Source of the DNA: Escherichia coli
GTDB taxonomy: Bacteria; Pseudomonadota; Gammaproteobacteria; Enterobacterales; Enterobacteriaceae
Assembly (NCBI RefSeq): GCF_003019035.1
Contig: NZ_CP027447.1
Length of the DNA stretch: 64,000 bases
Direction: 5' to 3' (one strand)
Part shown: positions 20,990 to 32,998 of the stretch, piece by piece
Layout of the letters: each line of letters begins with the position of its first letter
How positions within the stretch are numbered: the stretch's first letter is position 1
Made by a program: the position numbers and the translations under genes
Notes under the pieces: generated by a model
Told to the model about the DNA's origin: nothing
What the model saw: only the letters and a program-made list of their open reading frames with translations
The model's database searches: none

Positions 20990-22234
20990 ATGACACAGGC
21001 AAACCTGAGCGAAACCCTGTTCAAACCCCGCTTTAAACATCCTGAAACCTCGACGCTAGTCCGCCGCTTTAATCACGGCGCACAACCGCCTGTGCAGTCG
21101 GCCCTTGATGGTAAAACCATCCCTCACTGGTATCGCATGATTAACCGTCTGATGTGGATCTGGCGCGGCATTGACCCACGTGAAATCCTCGACGTCCAGG
21201 CACGTATTGTGATGAGCGATGCCGAACGTACCGACGATGATTTATACGATACGGTGATTGGCTACCGCGGCGGCAACTGGATTTATGAGTGGGCTACCCA
21301 GGCGATGGTGTGGCAACAAAAAGCCTGTGCGGAAGAAGATCCGCAACTCAGTGGTCGTCACTGGTTGCATGCGGCTACGTTGTACAACATTGCCGCCTAT
21401 CCTCATCTGAAAGGAGATGATCTGGCCGAGCAAGCGCAGGCTTTGTCAAACCGTGCCTATGAAGAGGCCGCCCAACGTCTGCCGGGCACGATGCGGCAGA
21501 TGGAGTTTACCGTACCCGGCGGTGCGCCCATCACCGGCTTTTTGCATATGCCGAAAGGTGATGGCCCGTTCCCGACAGTATTAATGTGTGGTGGTCTGGA
21601 TGCGATGCAGACGGACTATTACAGCCTGTATGAACGTTATTTTGCGCCGCGCGGCATTGCGATGCTGACTATTGATATGCCGTCGGTGGGCTTTTCTTCA
21701 AAATGGAGGCTCACCCAGGACTCCAGCCTGTTGCATCAGCACGTCTTAAAGGCGCTGCCTAACGTACCGTGGGTAGATCACACTCGCGTCGCGGCCTTTG
21801 GTTTCCGTTTCGGCGCTAACGTTGCCGTGCGTCTGGCATACCTTGAATCGCCGCGTCTGAAAGCGGTTGCCTGTCTTGGTCCGGTAGTTCATACCCTGTT
21901 GAGTGATTTTAAGTGCCAGCAACAGGTGCCGGAAATGTATCTTGACGTTCTGGCGAGCCGTTTGGGGATGCATGATGCTTCCGACGAAGCGTTGCGCGTG
22001 GAGCTGAATCGCTATTCATTAAAAGTGCAAGGATTGCTGGGACGTCGCTGCCCAACGCCAATGTTATCAGGCTACTGGAAGAACGATCCGTTCAGCCCGG
22101 AAGAGGACTCACGCTTAATCACCTCATCATCTGCTGACGGTAAATTGTTAGAGATCCCATTTAACCCGGTGTATCGGAATTTTGACAAAGGTCTTCAGGA
22201 AATCACCGACTGGATCGAAAAACGATTGTGTTAA
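20990..22234 (+). CDS. frsA: Fermentation/respiration switch protein (esterase)
   Basis: 414-aa ORF matching E. coli FrsA. Confidence 0.9.
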   Translation: MTQANLSETLFKPRFKHPETSTLVRRFNHGAQPPVQSALDGKTIPHWYRMINRLMWIWRGIDPREILDVQARIVMSDAERTDDDLYDTVIGYRGGNWIYEWATQAMVWQQKACAEEDPQLSGRHWLHAATLYNIAAYPHLKGDDLAEQAQALSNRAYEEAAQRLPGTMRQMEFTVPGGAPITGFLHMPKGDGPFPTVLMCGGLDAMQTDYYSLYERYFAPRGIAMLTIDMPSVGFSSKWRLTQDSSLLHQHVLKALPNVPWVDHTRVAAFGFRFGANVAVRLAYLESPRLKAVACLGPVVHTLLSDFKCQQQVPEMYLDVLASRLGMHDASDEALRVELNRYSLKVQGLLGRRCPTPMLSGYWKNDPFSPEEDSRLITSSSADGKLLEIPFNPVYRNFDKGLQEITDWIEKRLC

Positions 22235-22693
<459 letters not shown>

Positions 22694-22731
22694 GTGAAAT
22701 GTGCCGGATGCATCACATCCGGCAATATCCA

Positions 22732-23793
22732 TTAAAACTGATAGGTCATGCCAACCGCGACAATATCATCATTATTGATGTTCAGCTTATTATCGCTATC
22801 CAGTTGGTTTATTTTATAATCAACAAATGCCGACATATTTTTGTTGAAATAATACGTAGCACCGACGTCGATATAATTAACCAGATCTTCATCACCGATG
22901 CCCTCAATATCTTTCCCTTTCGATAAGACATAACCCAGCGACGGACGCAGACCAAAGTCAAACTGGTATTGAGCGACCGCTTCAAAGTTCTGTGTCTTAT
23001 TGGCAAAGCCGCCAGAGATTGGCGTCATTTTACGCGTTTCAGAATAAAAAGTTGCCAGATAAATATTATTGGCATCGTATTTCAGACCTGTTGCCCATGC
23101 TTCTGCACGCTTGCCTGTACCACGGCTTTGCAGGTTCTGCTCGTTGGTGCGATCAGAGTTGGTATAGGCTCCACTGATGGCGAAATCGCTGCCACCAAAG
23201 TCATATGTCAATGACGTGCCGAAGCCATCGCCGTTTTGCTTTTTAACGTCGCGGTTTTCGTTTTTCCCTTGATATTGCAGGGTTAAGTTCAGACCATCGA
23301 TAACGCCGAAGAAGTCGGTGTTCCTATACGTCGCCAGACCGCTGGCACGTTTGGTCATAAAGTTGTCGGTCTGTGCGGAGGAGTCGCCACCAAACTCCGG
23401 GAACATATCGGTCCAGGCTTCCACGTCATACAGCGCGCCCAGGTTACGACCATAATCGAAAGAACCCAAATCTTTATATTTCAACCCGGCAAAAGCGAGA
23501 CGCGTTTTTTGCTGTGCAGTATCACTCTCCGCTTTATTACCGGCAAACTCTGCTTCCCACCGACCATAACCCGTCAGTTGATCGTTAATTTGTGTTTCGC
23601 CTTTAAAACCAAAACGGATATAACTTTGGTCGCCATCTTTACTGTCATTATCGCTCATATAATGCATGGCTTTAACTTTGCCATAGACATCCAGTTTATT
23701 ACCGTCTTTGTTATATATTTCTGCGGCCTGTACGGATGCCGATGCCACAATGCCCATCACCACTAATGCCAGAGTGCTCTTTTTCATTTTCAT
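22732..23793 (-). CDS. phoE: Outer-membrane phosphoporin PhoE
   Basis: 353-aa ORF with signal peptide and porin C-terminus ...VAVGMTYQF; convergent with crl. Confidence 0.9.
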   Translation of the reverse strand: MKMKKSTLALVVMGIVASASVQAAEIYNKDGNKLDVYGKVKAMHYMSDNDSKDGDQSYIRFGFKGETQINDQLTGYGRWEAEFAGNKAESDTAQQKTRLAFAGLKYKDLGSFDYGRNLGALYDVEAWTDMFPEFGGDSSAQTDNFMTKRASGLATYRNTDFFGVIDGLNLTLQYQGKNENRDVKKQNGDGFGTSLTYDFGGSDFAISGAYTNSDRTNEQNLQSRGTGKRAEAWATGLKYDANNIYLATFYSETRKMTPISGGFANKTQNFEAVAQYQFDFGLRPSLGYVLSKGKDIEGIGDEDLVNYIDVGATYYFNKNMSAFVDYKINQLDSDNKLNINNDDIVAVGMTYQF

Positions 23794-23862
23794 TCCTGAT
23801 TTTAATTAACGCGCGAATATTCAGCGGGAGAGCCCCGTTGAAAACAGGAAAGTTTTTAACCT

Positions 23863-23886
23863 GAGATTGTTAAAGATATATTACAG
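23863..23886 (-). promoter_or_regulatory. Candidate Pho box in phoE promoter
   Basis: Minus strand reads CTGTAATATATCTTTAACAATCTC about 70 nt upstream of phoE start; resembles PhoB box (CTGTCAT-A/T-rich direct repeats); second similar motif at 23915-23934. Confidence 0.4.
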
Positions 23887-24074
23887 ATTAATGATATTCT
23901 TAAAATGTGGTAATTTATTAAATCTGTAATAAAAGCGTAAACAACTGCCGCTACGCTTGCTGATCCCGCGCAACAAAACGCCATGCTTTGCTTGCAGATG
24001 GTTGGCAACCGACGACAGTCCTGCTAAAACGTTCGTTTGATATCATTTTTCCTAAAATTGAATGGCAGAGAATC

Positions 24075-25178
24075 ATGAGTGACAGCCAGACGCTGGTGGT
24101 AAAACTCGGCACCAGTGTGCTAACAGGCGGATCGCGCCGCCTGAACCGTGCCCATATCGTTGAACTTGTTCGCCAGTGCGCGCAGTTACATGCCGCCGGG
24201 CATCGGATTGTTATTGTGACGTCGGGCGCGATCGCCGCCGGACGTGAGCACCTGGGTTACCCGGAACTGCCAGCGACTATCGCCTCGAAACAACTGCTGG
24301 CGGCGGTAGGGCAGAGTCGACTGATTCAACTGTGGGAACAGCTGTTTTCGATTTATGGCATTCACGTCGGGCAAATGCTGCTGACCCGTGCTGATATGGA
24401 AGATCGTGAACGCTTCCTGAACGCCCGCGACACCCTGCGTGCGTTGCTCGATAACAATATCGTTCCGGTAATCAATGAGAACGATGCTGTTGCTACGGCA
24501 GAGATTAAGGTCGGCGATAACGACAATCTTTCTGCGCTGGCGGCGATTCTGGCGGGTGCCGATAAACTGTTGCTGCTGACCGATCAAAAAGGTTTGTATA
24601 CCGCTGACCCGCGCAGCAATCCGCAGGCAGAACTGATTAAAGATGTTTACGGCATTGATGACGCACTGCGCGCGATTGCCGGTGACAGCGTTTCAGGCCT
24701 CGGAACTGGCGGCATGAGTACCAAATTGCAGGCCGCAGACGTGGCTTGCCGTGCGGGTATCGACACCATTATTGCCGCGGGCAGCAAGCCGGGCGTTATT
24801 GGTGATGTGATGGAAGGCATCTCCGTCGGTACGTTGTTCCATGCCCAGGCGACTCCGCTTGAAAACCGCAAACGCTGGATTTTCGGTGCGCCGCCGGCGG
24901 GTGAAATCACGGTAGATGAAGGGGCAACCGCCGCCATTCTCGAACGCGGCAGCTCCCTGTTGCCGAAAGGCATTAAAAGCGTGACTGGCAACTTCTCGCG
25001 TGGTGAAGTCATCCGCATTTGCAACCTCGAAGGTCGCGATATCGCTCACGGCGTCAGTCGTTACAACAGCGATGCATTACGCCGTATTGCCGGACACCAC
25101 TCGCAAGAAATTGATGCAATACTGGGATATGAATACGGCCCGGTTGCCGTTCACCGTGATGACATGATTACCCGTTAA
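24075..25178 (+). CDS. proB: Glutamate 5-kinase
   Basis: ORF-track 23988..25178; ATG at 24075 gives [16 protein letters not shown]..., the ProB N-terminus. Confidence 0.9.
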
Positions 25179-25189
25179 GGAGCTGGCCG

Positions 25190-26443
25190 ATGCTGGAACA
25201 AATGGGCATTGCCGCGAAGCAAGCCTCTTATAAATTAGCGCAACTCTCCAGCCGCGAAAAAAATCGTGTGCTGGAAAAAATCGCCGATGAACTGGAAGCA
25301 CAAAGCGAAATCATCCTCAACGCTAACGCCCAGGATGTTGCTGACGCGCGTGCCAATGGCCTTAGCGAAGCGATGCTTGACCGTCTGGCACTGACGCCCG
25401 CACGGCTGAAAGGCATTGCCGACGATGTGCGCCAGGTGTGCAATCTCGCCGATCCGGTGGGGCGGGTAATCGATGGCGGCGTACTGGACAGTGGCCTGCG
25501 TCTGGAGCGTCGTCGCGTACCGCTGGGGGTTATTGGCGTGATTTATGAAGCGCGCCCGAACGTGACGGTTGATGTCGCTTCGCTGTGCCTGAAAACAGGT
25601 AACGCAGTGATCCTGCGCGGCGGCAAAGAAACGTGTCGCACTAACGCGGCAACGGTGGCAGTGATTCAGGACGCCCTGAAATCCTGTGGCTTACCGGCGG
25701 GTGCCGTGCAGGCGATTGATAATCCTGACCGTGCGCTGGTCAGTGAAATGCTGCGTATGGATAAATACATCGACATGCTGATCCCGCGCGGCGGGGCTGG
25801 TTTGCATAAACTGTGCCGCGAACAGTCGACAATTCCGGTGATCACTGGTGGTATAGGCGTATGCCATATTTACGTTGATGAAAGCGCAGAGATCGCTGAA
25901 GCATTAAAAGTGATCGTCAACGCGAAAACTCAGCGACCGAGCACATGTAATACGGTAGAAACGTTGCTGGTAAATAAAAACATCGCAGATAGCTTCCTGC
26001 CCGCATTAAGCAAGCAAATGGCGGAAAGTGGCGTGACGTTACACGCAGATGCTGCTGCGCTGGCGCAGTTGCAGGCAGGCCCCGCGAAGGTGGTGGCTGT
26101 TAAAGCCGAAGAGTATGACGATGAGTTCCTGTCATTAGACTTGAACGTCAAAATTGTCAGCGATCTTGACGATGCTATCGCCCATATTCGTGAACACGGC
26201 ACGCAACACTCCGATGCGATCCTGACCCGCGATATGCGCAACGCCCAGCGTTTTGTTAATGAAGTAGATTCATCCGCTGTTTACGTTAACGCCTCTACGC
26301 GTTTTACCGACGGCGGCCAGTTTGGACTGGGCGCGGAAGTGGCGGTAAGCACACAAAAACTCCACGCGCGTGGCCCGATGGGCCTGGAAGCACTGACCAC
26401 TTACAAGTGGATCGGCATCGGTGATTACACCATTCGTGCGTAA
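25190..26443 (+). CDS. proA: Gamma-glutamyl phosphate reductase
   Basis: 417-aa ORF matching E. coli ProA. Confidence 0.95.
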   Translation: MLEQMGIAAKQASYKLAQLSSREKNRVLEKIADELEAQSEIILNANAQDVADARANGLSEAMLDRLALTPARLKGIADDVRQVCNLADPVGRVIDGGVLDSGLRLERRRVPLGVIGVIYEARPNVTVDVASLCLKTGNAVILRGGKETCRTNAATVAVIQDALKSCGLPAGAVQAIDNPDRALVSEMLRMDKYIDMLIPRGGAGLHKLCREQSTIPVITGGIGVCHIYVDESAEIAEALKVIVNAKTQRPSTCNTVETLLVNKNIADSFLPALSKQMAESGVTLHADAAALAQLQAGPAKVVAVKAEEYDDEFLSLDLNVKIVSDLDDAIAHIREHGTQHSDAILTRDMRNAQRFVNEVDSSAVYVNASTRFTDGGQFGLGAEVAVSTQKLHARGPMGLEALTTYKWIGIGDYTIRA

Positions 26444-26557
26444 ATAAAACCGGGTGATGCAAAAGTAGCCATTTGATTCACAAGGCCATTGACGCATCGC
26501 CCGGTTAGTTTTAACCTTGTCCACCGTGATTCACGTTCGTGAACATGTCCTTTCAGG

Positions 26558-26633
26558 GCCGATATAGCTCAGTTGGTAGAGCAGCGCATTCGTAATGCGA
26601 AGGTCGTAGGTTCGACTCCTATTATCGGCACCA
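26558..26633 (+). tRNA. thrW: tRNA-Thr (CGT anticodon)
   Basis: 76-nt sequence GCCGATATAGCTCAGTTGGTAGAGCAGCGCATTCGTAATGCGAAGGTCGTAGGTTCGACTCCTATTATCGGCACCA with cloverleaf pairing and CCA end; downstream of proA. Confidence 0.9.
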
Positions 26634-26647
26634 TTAAAATCAATAAG

Positions 26648-27811
26648 TTACACATCATTAGTACCTTCCTTATTTTTTGACTGGGACAAATTTGGGACCG
26701 ATGGGTTCAGGATCGAGTCTATTTGCCGTGCGTGTTCGGTAAGGTGATTAGGTGCAAGGTGAGCATATCGACGAACCATTTCGATAGACTCCCAGCCTCC
26801 CATTTCCTGTAACACTGACAACGGGACTCCGGCTTGAACCAGCCAACTTGCCCAGGTGTGTCTCAAGTCGTGAAATCTGAAATCATCAATACCAGCCCGT
26901 CTCAGCGCCGCTTTCCAGGCTGTGTTTGCGTCATACCGCATCTTCCTTACTGTTGGCGCTTTCGTTCCGTCTGGTTTGGTACAGCTTTCCTTGTACACAA
27001 ATACCCAACGGTGATGATTCCCGATTTGTTTTTTCAATACGCGACATGCAGTATCATTCAGCGCAACGCCAATTGCGCGGTTTGATTTACTCTCTTCCGG
27101 GTTTATCCATGCCACCCGGCGCTGCATATCTATTTGTTGCCATTCAAGGTTGATGATGTTCGAGCGTCTTAAGCCTGTTGCCAGTGCAAATTCAACAACA
27201 GACTTTAATGGCTCCGGACATTCATCAATCAGCCTTTGTGCTTCATGGGGTTCCAGCCAGCGGATCCGTTTATTCTTTGGTTGAGGCACTTTAATAATTG
27301 GTGCCTTATCCAGCATTTTCCATTCACGCTCTGCGGCTCTTAGTAGGGCCTTTATAAATGAAAGATGCGTAGCCTTCGTTGCAACGGACGCTGGTTTTGG
27401 CGTGTATTCTGGAACAGGTTTCCCTTTTTTTCTGCATGCTTCTGCCCTGAGTTTCCAGTTTTCCTCATGACGCCGGTTCGTCATTTTCTGCATTGCTGAA
27501 TAAATTTTTGATTCAGTAATGTCTCTTAGTTGCATTCCTGCGAAATGTTGAAGCCAGAATCCGATCCGGCTTTTGTCATCGTCCAGTGATTTTTTATGTG
27601 CTTTCTCTTCAAGCCACCTGACACACGCTTCCTCGAACGTTATATCAGGTATTTCACCAAGTTTGCTGACCCGCCATGCTTCGGCCTTTAGCTTGTCATG
27701 GAGTTCTGTCGCCTGCCTTTTGTCCTTTGTTCCAAGAGACTGTTTAAATCTTTTACCGTTCGGCAATGTGAAACTGGCGTACCATATTTCACCTCTGCGG
27801 AAGAGTGACAT
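26648..27811 (-). CDS. int: Tyrosine integrase (P22-like)
   Basis: 387-aa ORF closely resembling P22 Int from memory ([41 protein letters not shown]...); C-terminal catalytic motifs HDLRHTWAS and VRRYAHL. Confidence 0.9.
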   Translation of the reverse strand: MSLFRRGEIWYASFTLPNGKRFKQSLGTKDKRQATELHDKLKAEAWRVSKLGEIPDITFEEACVRWLEEKAHKKSLDDDKSRIGFWLQHFAGMQLRDITESKIYSAMQKMTNRRHEENWKLRAEACRKKGKPVPEYTPKPASVATKATHLSFIKALLRAAEREWKMLDKAPIIKVPQPKNKRIRWLEPHEAQRLIDECPEPLKSVVEFALATGLRRSNIINLEWQQIDMQRRVAWINPEESKSNRAIGVALNDTACRVLKKQIGNHHRWVFVYKESCTKPDGTKAPTVRKMRYDANTAWKAALRRAGIDDFRFHDLRHTWASWLVQAGVPLSVLQEMGGWESIEMVRRYAHLAPNHLTEHARQIDSILNPSVPNLSQSKNKEGTNDV

Positions 27812-28038
27812 TTTCTTTCCTCTGTTATGCCATCACCCGCGCTCACCTGGACAGTATGCAGCGGAGACTGAAGAGCCGCAATGCAGGCTTGTCGTGTTGT
27901 GAGGTAAGGAGATTTATTCTTAGTGGGATCTTTGCGTGTTGCCTGAAGACGCCCTGTGCGTATCCAGTTAATAGCAGTCGGTCTGGATATCTTGAGAAAA
28001 TGACAGGCCTCATCGAGTGTGAGGCTGTATGGCTCCAT
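27688..28038 (-). CDS. xis: Excisionase
   Basis: ORF-track 27688..28122; internal ATG at 28038 with GAGGTGA RBS; P22 Xis-like ([30 protein letters not shown]); overlaps int start. Confidence 0.7.
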   Translation of the reverse strand: MEPYSLTLDEACHFLKISRPTAINWIRTGRLQATRKDPTKNKSPYLTTRQACIAALQSPLHTVQVSAGDGITEERKCHSSAEVKYGTPVSHCRTVKDLNSLLEQRTKGRRQNSMTS

Positions 28039-28382
28039 TATTTCACCTCTTGCTGTGACATTGTTGAAAAATGGATACCAGCTCGTTGCTGCCAGACGAT
28101 CCAACCGAGAGTCATATCCCATGCCATGTATTCGTTATCGCCGTTTTTTGCTCTCCGACGATCGACTGTTTTACCGAAACGCTTTTCCATAAATAATTCA
28201 TAGGCTACGCGTTCATCTGGCTCAACTTCCAGAGATGCCAGTGCAATCCGTGCCAGTTCTAAATCATTTTCAAGCTCAGCGCGAATCTCAGCGAATGCAC
28301 TCTGTGTTAAGGCGAACTCAATGCTCTGCACTTTATTCCGTGCGCGCTCAAGCAGTGCATGGTAGTTAATTTCGGTTGTCAT
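28038..28382 (-). CDS. Hypothetical early-left protein (YfdT position)
   Basis: 114-aa ORF, translationally coupled to neighbours. Confidence 0.4.
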   Translation of the reverse strand: MTTEINYHALLERARNKVQSIEFALTQSAFAEIRAELENDLELARIALASLEVEPDERVAYELFMEKRFGKTVDRRRAKNGDNEYMAWDMTLGWIVWQQRAGIHFSTMSQQEVK

Positions 28383-29257
28383 ACCCCTACCTCTTCGAAT
28401 TCCAATTCCAATTGATCACCCCAGATTTCACATGACTCTGAACACGAACCGGTATCGAATCGCCTGGCCTGTACCATCGCCTGATACAAATTTCTGTAGT
28501 CGCTGTTGGCAGACATTCTGGCAATTCCGTCAAGCGTCAGGTGACCACGGTACATAATGTCTTTACCTGTTCTGCGATGACCATCCCTGACGTGTTTGCC
28601 TGTAACCAGCTCATTAAAAACTCGCATCAGACCTGGTTCGTCTTTACATGCAAGCCCCAGCTTTTGCGTTGACTTTTTGATGCAGAAAACACAGTTCCCG
28701 AGATGCTCCGGGATTTGCAAATCAAAAGGTTGTTTTCGCCACCACCGGATAACATCCGACTTATCAAAATCTGACAGCTCGGCAAGATACCGGACGCCCG
28801 ATTTCGGTTTCAGCCTACGGGGTTCGTCTGCACGAATACCCAGCCATGTGATGTAATTACCTCGCCCGAAATGGTTATCGCAGTATTTCGTGAAAGGGAT
28901 GAGTTTTAGCCTGTCAGTACAGAACGCGCCGCCGATGTATGGCGTGCCGTACTTTTTAACCATGTCCATAAACGGTTTAAGCACCGGCATTCGTGTCTGA
29001 ATATCCTTTGGCTCCCATTCTGTATAACCATTTGGCTGCCCAAGCTCAGGATTTATATCGACCTGTAACACAGTTAGTGGTATGTCCCAGAACTTTACAA
29101 CCTCCCGGATAAAGCGGTATGTCAGCGGATGTTCGCAACCGGTATCCATAAAGATGTAGCAGACGTTATTGCCAGCCTTTCTTTGTTCTTCCATCAGGTG
29201 AACAAGATATGCGGATGTTCTCCCGCCAGAAAAACTAACTACATGAGTTATGCACAT
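28379..29257 (-). CDS. PAPS-reductase-like PP-loop ATPase family protein (YfdS position)
   Basis: ORF-track 28379..29374; likely start at ATG 29257 (MCITHVVSFSGGRTSAYLV); SGGxxS PP-loop motif; Cys-rich C-terminus. Confidence 0.6.
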   Translation of the reverse strand: MCITHVVSFSGGRTSAYLVHLMEEQRKAGNNVCYIFMDTGCEHPLTYRFIREVVKFWDIPLTVLQVDINPELGQPNGYTEWEPKDIQTRMPVLKPFMDMVKKYGTPYIGGAFCTDRLKLIPFTKYCDNHFGRGNYITWLGIRADEPRRLKPKSGVRYLAELSDFDKSDVIRWWRKQPFDLQIPEHLGNCVFCIKKSTQKLGLACKDEPGLMRVFNELVTGKHVRDGHRRTGKDIMYRGHLTLDGIARMSANSDYRNLYQAMVQARRFDTGSCSESCEIWGDQLELEFEEVGV

Positions 29258-29784
29258 TTGCGTAATTCCGATAACTCGTTGAAGCGTTCCATAAACATCC
29301 CGTAGGCATGGCCCGGTGCCAGTGGAATAACTTTGAACATCTCTGTTGCCGGGATACCTTCCAGTACAGGCCATAAAGAGCCATCATCAAGCCCGAGATC
29401 ACGGCGTTCGGTTGCCAGCATAATGAGATCGGCATATTTCACTGGCGTGCTCATAACAGGAGGTAACCCGTATTTCTCACGGATTACTGCATCTATTTTT
29501 TCTTCCATCCGTTTATAGTCAGGAAGAAGGCGTTTCAGTGGTGCGGGGATGTCCTGGCAATACGCTTCTGTTGCATCATGCATTAACGCTTCAAAAGCAA
29601 ATTCCTGCGGCACCAGCTGGCTGCAAAGCACCGCATGTTGGGCGACACTGTAGAAGTGAGAAAGATGACCGGCAAAGCGGCAGATATTTGAAAGGGAAAC
29701 CGCGATATCGTTAATCACGATGTCGTCTTTATTTATCTTGTCATAATAAAAATGCTTCCCGGAAAAAGTTTTAATAAATGACAT
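29248..29784 (-). CDS. HD-domain phosphohydrolase (YfdR-like 5'-deoxynucleotidase)
   Basis: ORF-track 29248..29811; ATG at 29784 with GGAGAA RBS gives 178 aa; HD motif region (...LMHDATEAY...). Confidence 0.65.
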   Translation of the reverse strand: MSFIKTFSGKHFYYDKINKDDIVINDIAVSLSNICRFAGHLSHFYSVAQHAVLCSQLVPQEFAFEALMHDATEAYCQDIPAPLKRLLPDYKRMEEKIDAVIREKYGLPPVMSTPVKYADLIMLATERRDLGLDDGSLWPVLEGIPATEMFKVIPLAPGHAYGMFMERFNELSELRKCA

Positions 29785-29911
29785 TTTGTTCTCCACGTAT
29801 ATGCGCTGCACCGCGCTGAATTCTGGTAAAAAGAATCCCTCACCATCCGGCGATTATTGAGTAAATTACGTTTCCATAAATGCCCCCGCAGGGGCATTTG
29901 CAGTAATGAAA

Positions 29912-30736
29912 TCAGGCGGTGAAAGTACCAATAAAGGTTTCTACTTTGCTGTCCTTGAATTTCTCAACAAGCAGATCACGAAATTCGTTAGCCATTTCTT
30001 CCTGCACCGCCTCCAGCTGAATAATGCGCAGAACCAGTACAGGACGATCTCCAGTGATAATACTGAGGCGTAATTTAAACGGACGTTCTTTCAGACCTTC
30101 AAACGGAACGCATTTAAATTCAAATGCCACTGGCATAATGTCTTTGGTCTTCGCTTCGACAGACTCCATCAGGGAGCGTTTGCCGCTGAAGTCATTATCT
30201 TCAAAATCAGCGGTCTGGTTTGCTTCAATCGTGATTTTACGGACAGCCGCAGCCGCTTTTGTTGCCTGAATAGCGTCACCATTAGCATCAAAGCCCACAA
30301 GATAGTCGGCCCAGTCTTCAATCCATTCTGCCAGTGACTTCTGGGAGTTACGCTCGCCGTTAACAGACAACAGAGCAGAGAACGGTGCTGTCTTTTTCAG
30401 TTTGAGTGTGGCGGTGTTATCTGCGTGACCTGGTTCATCAATAGTACCCAGGTTAAGCACACTGACGGCACGCATATTATCAGCATCGATAAAGCAGCGG
30501 GTGCCTTCATCTGCAAGATCTTTAGAATAACGGGTAAAGTCATCGATGCTGGCAGTGGAAAGCGCACCACGGAAACGGAAGCGATTTAAATTAAATTTTT
30601 CCAGATCATGAATGCGGAAATTCTCAGGCAATGCCACAGCATCGGCACCAATCTTACTGATAATTTCATTAACACCCTGAGCAGAAATAAGGGCATGGAT
30701 TTGATTAATTGCGGTTGCGTCTAAGTTCTGAGACAT
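29912..30736 (-). CDS. YfdQ-like prophage protein (DUF2303-like)
   Basis: 274-aa ORF; same size and neighbourhood as CPS-53 yfdQ (recalled). Confidence 0.5.
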   Translation of the reverse strand: MSQNLDATAINQIHALISAQGVNEIISKIGADAVALPENFRIHDLEKFNLNRFRFRGALSTASIDDFTRYSKDLADEGTRCFIDADNMRAVSVLNLGTIDEPGHADNTATLKLKKTAPFSALLSVNGERNSQKSLAEWIEDWADYLVGFDANGDAIQATKAAAAVRKITIEANQTADFEDNDFSGKRSLMESVEAKTKDIMPVAFEFKCVPFEGLKERPFKLRLSIITGDRPVLVLRIIQLEAVQEEMANEFRDLLVEKFKDSKVETFIGTFTA

Positions 30737-30801
30737 AATAAGTCCTCACTATATAAAGATATTCAGTGATGAGATAAATAATCAGTTAATTAAAAACGAT
30801 A

Positions 30802-31164
30802 TTAACGACCTGCTGCGCGGAGTTTTCCGTCAGGTTCACCGGCAAGAGTCAGTAACTGTCCCTGGTCTTCCTGCAGAATAGTCAGGCGACCACCGCGATT
30901 GACATACATCGGCGTTTCGGTGGTGTCTTCTTCGGAAATTTTCCCGCGGTTAGTCGGGCGAACATATGAGAGTTTGTGTTTGATTTTCACACGGTTCTCA
31001 TCAAATGGTTCGATTTCCAGGTTGAGTGAGACCTTACCTTTGGTTTTCGTGTTCATCACACCGGAAGCGACTTCACTGAGAACTGCGCCGATTTTGGTTT
31101 CAAATACGCCGCCGTCCAGCTCCCCGATAAATGCCTGCACATCAGTACTGCGTTCGCTAGCCAT
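30802..31164 (-). CDS. Hypothetical prophage protein (YfdP position)
   Basis: ORF-track 30802..31482; ATG at 31164 (MASERSTDV...) preceded by GAGGAG RBS gives 120 aa. Confidence 0.45.
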   Translation of the reverse strand: MASERSTDVQAFIGELDGGVFETKIGAVLSEVASGVMNTKTKGKVSLNLEIEPFDENRVKIKHKLSYVRPTNRGKISEEDTTETPMYVNRGGRLTILQEDQGQLLTLAGEPDGKLRAAGR

Positions 31165-31601
31165 TTTGCTGCTCCTCATCATATCGACCCTGCAAGGCCG
31201 ATTAGTTTCTCCACAAAACAGAGAAGAACACCTGCGGTGGCAGCCGCCCGGATGGATTGGGTTATGAGCCCGTCGTCCGGTGATGCTCTTCTCTGTTTTG
31301 TAAAAAGGACGGTACCAGCCGGAAGCAAGGGTACAAGCTGGTACCGCCAGGACTACACACAGCATAAAGTTGTGGTGCCGGGTGCCTCCCGGTGCCTGGC
31401 GAAGGTTGCACACCAGGCGGGTGGGTATCCACAGAAGGTCGACTGTCAGCCTCAACCTTAACCCGCGTGCGCTGAGCCGCATTCACCACAACGCTAAGGA
31501 TTCTCTCTGGTTGAAAATACTTAGCTGTTATGTGCCTGTCTTTTCACCACTTCAGGCTCGGTGGTATCCTTTTAAGCCCGTATACATAAAAGGAAAATCA
31601 A

Positions 31602-31847
31602 ATGACTTTTGATGAAAAAGAACTTGATAATGCAATTAATAAAATCATCGTAACGTCGCTCTTTTCCTGTCTCAGCGACACTCAGCAGAAACAGTTCTAC
31701 GAATCGGCTTTCAACATGATCGAGCGTTGTTGTTTCTGCGATGCCGACGAGTTACCTGAAAAAATCAGGAAACAGTTGGCTGATGCTCTTCGAGTGCGAC
31801 TTTCTGACCAATTTTCTGAAATGTGCTCTCCGAATTTGGACAAATAG
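31602..31847 (+). CDS. Hypothetical protein
   Basis: 81-aa ORF with AAAGGA RBS; overlaps the 3' end of convergent ORF 31765..32061. Confidence 0.35.
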   Translation: MTFDEKELDNAINKIIVTSLFSCLSDTQQKQFYESAFNMIERCCFCDADELPEKIRKQLADALRVRLSDQFSEMCSPNLDK

Positions 31848-32061
31848 AAAAAGGCCATTTCCATTCAGGGTCTGATGGAAATACTTCAGCCTGTTCCAAA
31901 GCACGGCGTAAAGAGAACACAACTCCAGCCATAATCTGATGTTTCCCATTGGTCCAGCTATCGCCGCTCTGATCTACAGGGGCGGCTATGTCGTATGACC
32001 AAACGACTTCACAATTATTGTTTAAAATCTGGACTTTCATTTCATACACCTGCTTTAACAT
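31765..32061 (-). CDS. Hypothetical protein (first gene in pL direction)
   Basis: 98-aa ORF left of the immunity region on the pL strand; no clear RBS. Confidence 0.35.
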   Translation of the reverse strand: MLKQVYEMKVQILNNNCEVVWSYDIAAPVDQSGDSWTNGKHQIMAGVVFSLRRALEQAEVFPSDPEWKWPFSICPNSESTFQKIGQKVALEEHQPTVS

Positions 32062-32196
32062 GAGTGCCTAGTGGCACAACATGATTCAACGAATCATCCT
32101 GGACTTCATATGCCCCAGGCGGCTACTTCGTGGGCGTCCTGCCTGTTTGTTGTTTCTCTTGGGTACATTATGTATCTCAAAGGTACATTGTCAAGT

Positions 32197-32221
32197 ATAA
32201 AAAAACCTGCCGAAGCAGGTT
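32197..32221 (-). terminator. Rho-independent terminator after cI
   Basis: acctgc-cgaa-gcaggt hairpin with a 7-A run on the plus strand (T-run on the minus strand) just past the cI stop. Confidence 0.5.
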
Positions 32222-32233
32222 CATAAACATTGA

Positions 32234-32908
32234 TTAGGCTTTGATTTTGTATCTTCTTGGTTTTCCTGAGAAAATCACAGTTCCAATTATAGAGCAATTA
32301 CCGTTGATCTTAATGTAAGGCTCAGGCCAGTTTGGGTTTAACGCTTTGAGATAACGCTGTGTCCCATCTTCTATCAACCTTTTGAAGGTGGTTTCACCTG
32401 TATCGTGCATCAATGCAATAACGTCGTCACCGTGGCAGGCAGGTACTTCAGGATCGACAAAAATCATGTCTCCCGGGCGGTACTCATCAATCATTGAATC
32501 ACCTATCACCCGCAAGATATAAGTCATTTCCCCACAGGGTACAGGGCAGGGGTACGTTTCTGCTGTGCTCAAATCAACCTCAGAATATCCAACTTCTTTC
32601 CATGCTCCGGCCTGTACCCATGATATGACAGGGACTAATGTGATTTGTTTATTAGTGATTGAAACATCAGGTTTTTTTGTGATGTTCGTTGTCTGGTGTT
32701 CTTGATCGAGCCATCCGACAGGCAGGTCGAAACATTTTTCGATGTGTCGTGCCATGCTGTCACCGATATTTTTAGTAGCACCATCTCCCATAAACCTGCT
32801 GGTCTGGGTTGGCTCGCGATCAATCATAGTGGCAAAGGAAGAATTCCCGCCAACACCATCTCTCAGTTTTCTGGCGTTAGACCGCCGGATGTCATGGATT
32901 GTTTTCAT
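32234..32908 (-). CDS. cI: CI-like prophage repressor (HTH plus S24 LexA-like peptidase domain)
   Basis: 224-aa ORF; N-terminal HTH; C-terminal S24 signature (VIGDSM ... GDMIFVDP); divergent from cro-like gene. Confidence 0.85.
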   Translation of the reverse strand: MKTIHDIRRSNARKLRDGVGGNSSFATMIDREPTQTSRFMGDGATKNIGDSMARHIEKCFDLPVGWLDQEHQTTNITKKPDVSITNKQITLVPVISWVQAGAWKEVGYSEVDLSTAETYPCPVPCGEMTYILRVIGDSMIDEYRPGDMIFVDPEVPACHGDDVIALMHDTGETTFKRLIEDGTQRYLKALNPNWPEPYIKINGNCSIIGTVIFSGKPRRYKIKA

Positions 32909-32923
32909 AACGAAATTAAAACC

Positions 32924-32995
32924 CTTGTACCGTTAAGGTACAAGTATCTTGAAGGTTCATTTCAATCATGTAATATGTACACCGGAGGTACATAT
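32924..32995. promoter_or_regulatory. Immunity-region operators (OR) with divergent promoters
   Basis: Two palindromes with GTAC half-sites between cI and cro: cttgtaccgttaaggtacaag (32924-32944) and atatgtacaccggaggtacatat (32973-32995). Confidence 0.5.
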
Positions 32996-32998
32996 TGT

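Noticed and set aside
22700-22722. Hairpin gccggatg-catca-catccggc between the convergent crl and phoE genes
   Set aside because: A good stem but no T-run on either strand; left unannotated as a possible bidirectional terminator.
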